Assembly: GCA_000182565.2 (NCBI GenBank)
Contig: KQ257461.1
DNA length: 64,000 nt
Source: Spizellomyces punctatus DAOM BR117
Taxonomy: Eukaryota
Direction: 5' to 3' (one strand)
This document shows, in pieces, positions 57,047-64,000 of this stretch (the stretch's first letter is position 1; each line of letters opens with the position of its first letter). The notes beneath the pieces were generated by a model. That model did not search any database, had not been told where the DNA came from, and saw nothing but the letters and a program-made list of their open reading frames with translations. The position numbers were made by a program, and so were the translations under genes.

Positions 57047-57751
57047 ATGGACTCCAAGAACACCGAAGCAGAAGGGAAGACGATCCTCCTGATTTGTGAT
57101 TTTCAGGAAGGGACACTTTCCATCTGGAAAGAGGACCCCGAGTGGAAGGAACGAACTCTTGCCAATCTGCGATCTCTCCTATCCTCTGTCCGCTCAACGA
57201 CCATGTATAAGGAGAGGAACCTCCTCATTGGATTTGTTGGAATTGCATTTAGCCCCGGTTACCCAGAAATTGGTCCAAACTCTCATCACATCTTCCAATT
57301 CTTTCTAAAGTCGGGTATGTTTACAGTGGTGGTTGCACCATTGACACAACACCCCGGAACGTCACTGACGGTTACTCGCTAATGAATAGGTATCCTTTTA
57401 AGGGGCAATCCCGATGTAGAATTTGTTCCAGCTCCCGATATAGCAGATGACGATAGTTGGCCTAGAGAGTTCATTTTGTACAAAACTCGAGGATCTGCTT
57501 TCCATGATACGCGCCTGGATACTATAATCCGGGCGCAAAATGTGGAGCGCATTGTCATATGTGGTCTGGCGACAAGTGGGGTCGTCTTGAGTACAGTTAG
57601 GCAAGCAGCGGATCTAGATTACGACGTCATAGTGTTAGAAGATTGCTGTGGGGACCTGAGCAAAGAGCGACACACGGCGGCTATTGAACATATTTTCCCT
57701 ATGCAGACAACAGTCACACAGTCGAAAGAATGGGTTGCAGATCTCAAATAA
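57047..57751 (+). CDS. Isochorismatase-like (cysteine hydrolase fold) protein
   Basis: ILLICDFQEG; intron ~57316-57389; KTRGSAF; GLATSGVVLSTVRQAADLDY; LEDCC. Confidence 0.9.
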
Positions 57752-57946
57752 AGTCCCTATCATCCGTATCACTAGCTATTGTTTGGCTGTACAGAGCTCG
57801 TAAATTGAAACCCTCCAACGTCAAGCGTTGTGCATGCCAATGAACTCTCTTTTTGTGGTGGGAATGTTACCGACGATTCATGAAGTGCGATCACATTCTG
57901 CTGTCCTTGCTTTTTCAAGTCTCATCATGATTATTTCTGAATGATA

Positions 57947-60900
57947 CTACCATAAAATGCACTTCTTATGTCGTCCCGTCGTTTCCGAGGTGCCTAAACA
58001 ACTGGAATCTGAGAAATAGTCCATCAAAAGGCCCGGGAGTGACGCTCCATACGTTGACGTAATGAGTACAAAATGCTTCAGTAGACGGGAACATAAAGAC
58101 CCTTGCCATCTCGTGGAGTTGCTCTTCACGCACAGCTTCTGGTGTAGATCTGCAGGAGGGTTGGTGACGTTGCAGGAAGCTGAAAAAAGCATGGCGAGAA
58201 ATTACCCAACAACGGTCTGAATTCCGGATTCTCCTACGGTGGGGACTCTTGATGTCATGTTTCCGAACTCGGCAGCCTCTTGTAAGTGAACCTCGTGGTT
58301 GAGAATGTCCGGGTGAAAAGCATGATCTTGCGTATTCATTTGCATTTCAACGGCCTACAGCGGCATTATATCTTTCCAAATCTTCAATTAAGAAACGCGG
58401 GTCTAATAGCCGTACCTTGCGTGCATGCGAACTGATCTTCTCTTCAATCTTGCTGGATCCAATAATGTCGTCGTTCACATGGGTGTATGCAATTCCGCAC
58501 TCGTCGAGAATAGCTGCAACAGTGTCGCGCTCTATCCGTGATTGGCGGACTATTTCATCGTCTCCTAATCATTCGGTTGGTAGTTATATAAATTGGGTTA
58601 TTATCAAGTGAACAAAGAAGGACGCACCACCTTGTATGCCACACATCTGATCAGCAAGGGCCTCCTCGTCATCCTGAATGACGCGTTAATCAGGGTTTGT
58701 TTGTGAACATTGCAGAAAAGCACTGCCCGAATGGTGGTTTTGATACCTTTGTATCTTCCCCAATCATTTCGCCATCATTCGAATCAGCTTGTCTGATGTG
58801 ATCTACGTGAAGATCCGCAACTTCAAACTGAATTTCGGCTTTTTCAGTACGCTTGACGATGAGCTTTGTAATAAGGTCGCTCTCCCGTTGCAGGGCAAAT
58901 AAATTTTCAATTCCGAAAAGCTCTCCTATGTTGCCAGGCATTTAGCTACGACCGGTAGCAAAGTGGCCTGCGTTCATAATTAATGTACCGGTTTGCGAGG
59001 GATCGCCCATGACTCCTTCAAAATACCGCCGCTCTTTGGAGGCCGTGTAGCCAATATTAGCCTGTTGTTGCTTATATCTGAGAGATCAAATTAGTCCGAA
59101 TTACAGACATGTTTGTATTTGATGACTGAAACCAACAGTTGTCGCCCATAAACCAGTTCTTCAAGGGAACCAGCAGCTATTAGGCGATAAACTTTCACGT
59201 CGCGCCTTTGACCTATGCGGAACGCCCTATCTTGAGCTGCACATTGGACAACGTGAGCTCAAGCAGTCCTGTCACAACGAGTATGGTTTACTACCTTGAA
59301 GGTCATGGGATGGATTCCAGTTCGGATCAAATACTTGAAGGAAGCGAACAGCACGATTTAACCTCTTCAATTGGCAAATGAATCTCTAAAGACGAACGGC
59401 GTTAGAGTCACCTACCCACTAAGTCCTGCATTAGCGCACAGAAGGTCGTTAAAATTCAACCAAAAAGTTTACATACCTACAATGTTGGCGGAAGTTAAAT
59501 TGAGACCGACTCCTCCTGCCCGTGTGCTGATAAGGAAAACGAATTTCTCCGCATTGCAATTGAACCTGTATCAATTAGACCCTTCTCAGCCCAAGATTCA
59601 TCACTCATACCAGCGGATTCACTTACTCATCCACGATATCCAAACGTTGAGCAACAGGCGTCTTCCCGTCCAAACGGCAGTAGTCATATCCTAATAACCC
59701 GCTTCCATGAGAAAGCGGCAAAATCTCGGTGATGAAGAACACTCACCAGAAGTGTACATTAATTTCTCCAGCATGTCCAGTAAGCGGACCGAGTAACTAA
59801 AGAGGAGTACTTTGCAACCGTGCTTTTGCCAGTTTGCAAGAAGCTTCTCCAGAATCTATAATCAATGGCTTTCAGATGCAGCTCATCGTTGAATGACAGC
59901 ATTGGTACAGCAACTGTAGGCGAACGTACTTTCCACTTGCCGCAGTTTTCCGGGTCAGAGTACTCTCGAAACCCGGGTTTTCTAGACTCCCAGTCGTTAG
60001 GGAATCCGATCCGTATGAGCTCTTCGTCCTTTTGACGCTTTTCCTTCAGATCATCGGCATCTACAAGAATAAACCCATGTCAGAATCATGCGGTAGGGAG
60101 AGCAAGCTGGTTACCCACGCGGCATAATTAGCGCAAGGTGATTCGAAATCTTTTGCAACGTTATCAGGCCAGGGAGAACCAGAAACTAAATAAAACATAT
60201 ATCGTCAATGACCAACCCTTAACAACCGATCACATTTAAAACATACCCGCCAATGAACACCCTCGCCATTTTTCTGATAACAGCACTTGCCCCGGGGAGT
60301 TCGCAGGTTCCTAACACGTAGAGTCCGTTGTAAATCATCTAAGCGTTTGACGTCCTCTGCTAGTAGTATCATACCGTCCTGCTTTGCAATCGCAAGGGTC
60401 ATTCTTACGTACTAATAACTCGAAATCCGCACTCTTCAATATGCGATCGTAAACAATTCGCTGGGTATCCGTCAAAGGGCAGAAAATCACTAGGTCTTCC
60501 TTTTTGGGTAGCTGATGCGCAATCAAGGCTTTGGTTCTTCGCAGCATCCATTTGTTCAGTATGCGCTCTTTGAGTTTGATAGCAGTTTCCTGGAAGGAAG
60601 AGTGAGATGAATAGTTTCAGGAACTGAACTACCTTGTTTAACGAGAAACCATACCCGCGCAAGAGCTAATTCCCTCTTCGATGCGTTAAAACTTTGGCCC
60701 TTTCTTAGAATATTCGATATGTTGGTTTCCCAATCCTTCAATGAACCGACGGAACCTGTCGAAGAGGGATTAATGCACCCGTCCGGCCAAACTGCCAATG
60801 CTCCTGTTGCACCAAACCTGGGTTGCACCAGTCCAGCAAGCACCACAGCTCCTTGTACTTGTTCTGAATGGCAGTGCCCTGCGACACTATGCGTGATAAG

Positions 60901-62734
60901 AAAAGCGTAGAGCTACTTACTGATTCTCTCAACTCTTACCGTCAAACCTAGTCTACAACGCACTCGCATGCCTCTCATGATCCGGGTGATCGCGGCCTTG
61001 TCATCTGTGTCGTGTGTTGGTACTAGTAATGTCGATATACTTGACAAACGCGGTCACCTTTGAGCTTGTGTGCCTCATCTACGACAAGCAGGGTCCACTC
61101 AATTTCATCGATTGCTTTCCAATTATTGCGACATGTGTCAAAACTCGTTAATACTACTTCGTAATATCCTGGCACCGTAAAAGGTTAACTACACATCTAG
61201 GTGAAGGTGCGACCGTCATAGTTCCAACCTTTTGCGGCCTTTTCCAGTACCTCATCCTTTTTCGTGCCGTGAAATATGCCCACAGCAAAGTAACCCCACT
61301 AATATGGGACCTTCAGATATTCAAAAATAAAAGTACCATGATGATTGCAGACCAAAACGTACAGTATCAAGTTCTCGTTTCCAATTATAAATTACACTGG
61401 ATGGAGCCACGATCAAGATCCGAATCAAGTTCACATCATCGTTCATCCGTAAGGCTCGTATCCGCATGTGCTGGTCGTCGGCACTGCCAGTTTTACCTTG
61501 TCAACGGTTGCGTCAGTTGGGCTCATCAGGTTCATGTATCCAAGTAGGCCACACCTAATATTGCTGCAAATAGGGCTATAACCTAAGAAGGTGTCAGCAG
61601 CTGAATTCGAAACTGAGATAGAACCAAACAGTGATGGCTGATGTCTTCACCTGCACTGTTTTCCTACACATGCAAAAGCTTAGATCAATCCTGATGAGCG
61701 GTTGCAGCGCATGTGGTTAACACATACCCTAGCCCCATGTCATCGCAAAGGATGCCACTTGATGCAAAAGGTCATCATGAGTAGATGGTTTAGCAAGGAC
61801 ATGCCGGTTTATACCCACCCCTTGTTCCGCACGTATAGGTCGTACCTGATATGATATTACATGAGAATAATACTGCCTATAGGAATCATCCAGGTCACAT
61901 ACATAAATCGCACGCCATCTCTTTGGTAATCCCTCAAATACTGATTTATGCCAGAAGGAACCGCCTAAAACAGAATATGAGTCACTGTAACATCTAAACA
62001 CTTTTAAAGACTGGTTATATCGTACATCCGGGACTTTCTTATCAGATGATAAACGTAGGGCCGCTTTGGTACTTGGTGGATTGGCATGCGGGAAGTACTA
62101 AAAGCAGCATTAACCAACTGCTGGCCAAACCCTCTAACATTGCAGCCATCTATGCACCGGCTTTATAAGCTCTTGCTCTTCGGGACCGCGACGTGGGGAT
62201 ATCGGTGTGGCAGGTTGCTGTAAGCATTGCGCACTACTTGGAGCAGATTCTGAGCATTGATGTGTTGGTTCCGCCATGTCCTCTGGAGACAAAGATACGA
62301 TTCATTGCACCGGGTTTTGGGAATCAACTGATGCGCCTCTATAAGAGGACTCAACGGTTACCAAAAGGCTGGTGATTTTGTTTGAAGGCTGGTAAAAATG
62401 ACTTCAGCGTTGCGACCATGAAGTTGTATCATAATACTGGAAAAGTTACAGTTTGGGTGAAATATCGGCAGTCCTTCAACGCCACCACATCTGCAAATAT
62501 CGCACATATTATTGTATATTTCACTGTTTCTAGACACGAAAGGCAGGCAGAGCACCGAACTGGCTCAGGGCTTTTGGTCGGGGCTTACACGAACCTACGC
62601 TCCTGTTGGGTGTCCTTGGTGCATCCATTTTGCGGATGCTCCAAAGTATCATGACTTTCAGCAGAGTGCCTCAATACGCTAGTCTCTTCATCTGTCTCTG
62701 CATCTGAGTCGGAAAAGGACAATAAGCGGGACAT
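57947..62734 (-). CDS. SNF2-family ATPase, ERCC6L2/Rad26-like; both ends approximate
   Basis: [109 protein letters not shown] (VIGSSK-like). Confidence 0.9.
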
Positions 62735-63542
62735 GAGCAACAGCCAGAAAGCAAATGGGGAGCTCAAGGCTGCTACGTTGCGTTGATCATCCAGCCAAGA
62801 TCAATGGTTTTAATTATTCCAAATCGGGTGTCATTGAGCGGGGGGAGGCTATAAAGAGTGCGAACCTCGAATGTTCTCACCCATCTTTCTTTCCCATCTG
62901 CACATTGTTCATCTCGGTTGCTCGCGTTTCTTCTTTCTTTCAGAGGTTTCGGCACTCCGTTGTGGGCTCTGGGGTGGTAGTGCACGCTGGTGCGTGGTAG
63001 GCGTAGTACGCGACTCTTCTAGGGAAGCGTCCCTGAGAAGGGCGGTGGATCGTCACGCCGTCTGGTTGGACGACTGGTTTCCAATATATAAAGAGTACCA
63101 GTGGCATATGCGCTAACTGCGTGTTAGATACATATAGGTATGTTATTGCATATACTAGAATTGGTAGATTGAAGCTCTTGATCCGCCCTGAATTATTCGA
63201 TCTGATCTACGTTTTTGTCTACCCTTGGGCTCTGGTGACCAAGACCTCGTGCAACCTCCAGCATCTGACTGATACGTACTCAGTGCTGCTCACTACAAAG
63301 TATCAAGTCAAGTCCAGTCGCAAACCTATCAGGCACTAGAAATGAATAGATCGCACGTCCCAACATTTACACAGCCGTCCCAGGATGTTCATGAAGATTC
63401 CCTGCAACCAGTTCACCAAACCAACATTTCGTATGCCCTTAATCTGGACTACTCTTACAGGAACACGAACGATGCAGGTACAGCTCTGTATCTGTGCATT
63501 TGCATATGCTTTCCCTAATCATCCTGTTCGTTACAAAATTCT

Positions 63543-63642
63543 NNNNNNNNNNNNNNNNNNNNNNNNNNNNNNNNNNNNNNNNNNNNNNNNNNNNNNNNNN
63601 NNNNNNNNNNNNNNNNNNNNNNNNNNNNNNNNNNNNNNNNNN
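63543..63642. other. Assembly gap (100 N)
   Basis: Run of N. Confidence 1.
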
Positions 63643-64000
63643 GGCTATTTGCCATGGTTACATATTCATGCTGGTCACGTTATGGATCCAGGGAGGTATG
63701 TCTGCTGCTAATTGTGGCTCTTTAGAGAGCGCACACGAACGGAGAGGATCTCTATGGTGTATTCGAGGACCAGTGGCACAAACGATAAACCCTCTGCAAA
63801 GTATGCCAGGACATGAGCAAGGCATTCTTACGCACACAGCATACGGAGCATCCGACAATACGCGTTATGAGGCGGCACTCCCATCCCCACTAGGCAGTTT
63901 GTCTTGGCTTCAAGATCGAGCCCCGTCTTATATGTCCGCCAATACTCTTCAGTCAAGTCGTCAGCCGATGGAAAGTATTCCGCCCGCGGCAGAAGCGAGA

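Noticed and set aside
63121-64000. Probable exon fragments of a plus-strand gene spanning the second gap
   Set aside because: Splice signals are present, but no product can be identified and the region is truncated by the gap and window end.

Overview
Eukaryotic, intron-rich, gene-dense DNA with two 100-N assembly gaps. Short GT-AG introns (mostly 50-90 nt) and the gene content point to an early-diverging fungus, probably a chytrid (inference). About 25 protein genes can be reconstructed by splicing: MsrB, a two-finger GATA factor, old yellow enzyme, a Zn2Cys6 factor, a repeat-domain membrane protein, an F-box protein, mitochondrial Hsp70, Mpe1/RBBP6, UBE2J/Ubc6, TruA-family pseudouridine synthase, RecQ/Sgs1, muniscin, Rtc3, a SAMHD1-like HD protein, METTL14/Kar4, prolyl oligopeptidase, a class V PLP enzyme, a MYND/MSS51-like protein, an isochorismatase-like protein and an ERCC6L2-like SNF2 ATPase, plus several unknowns. 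Most notable observations: (1) an 80-aa spliced micro-gene candidate with its own TATA box and a triplicated promoter motif, divergent from the old yellow enzyme; (2) a ~5 kb accessory island between two identical, inverted tRNA-Glu genes, holding an unrecognised repeat-domain surface protein, an F-box gene and a relic copy of that gene's 3' end; (3) a candidate autoregulatory intronic poly(A) site in the 3'-end-processing factor Mpe1; (4) 3-, 4- and 7-nt microexons; (5) upstream in-frame ATGs adding mitochondrial-type presequences. All family calls come from motif recognition by eye, not database searches.
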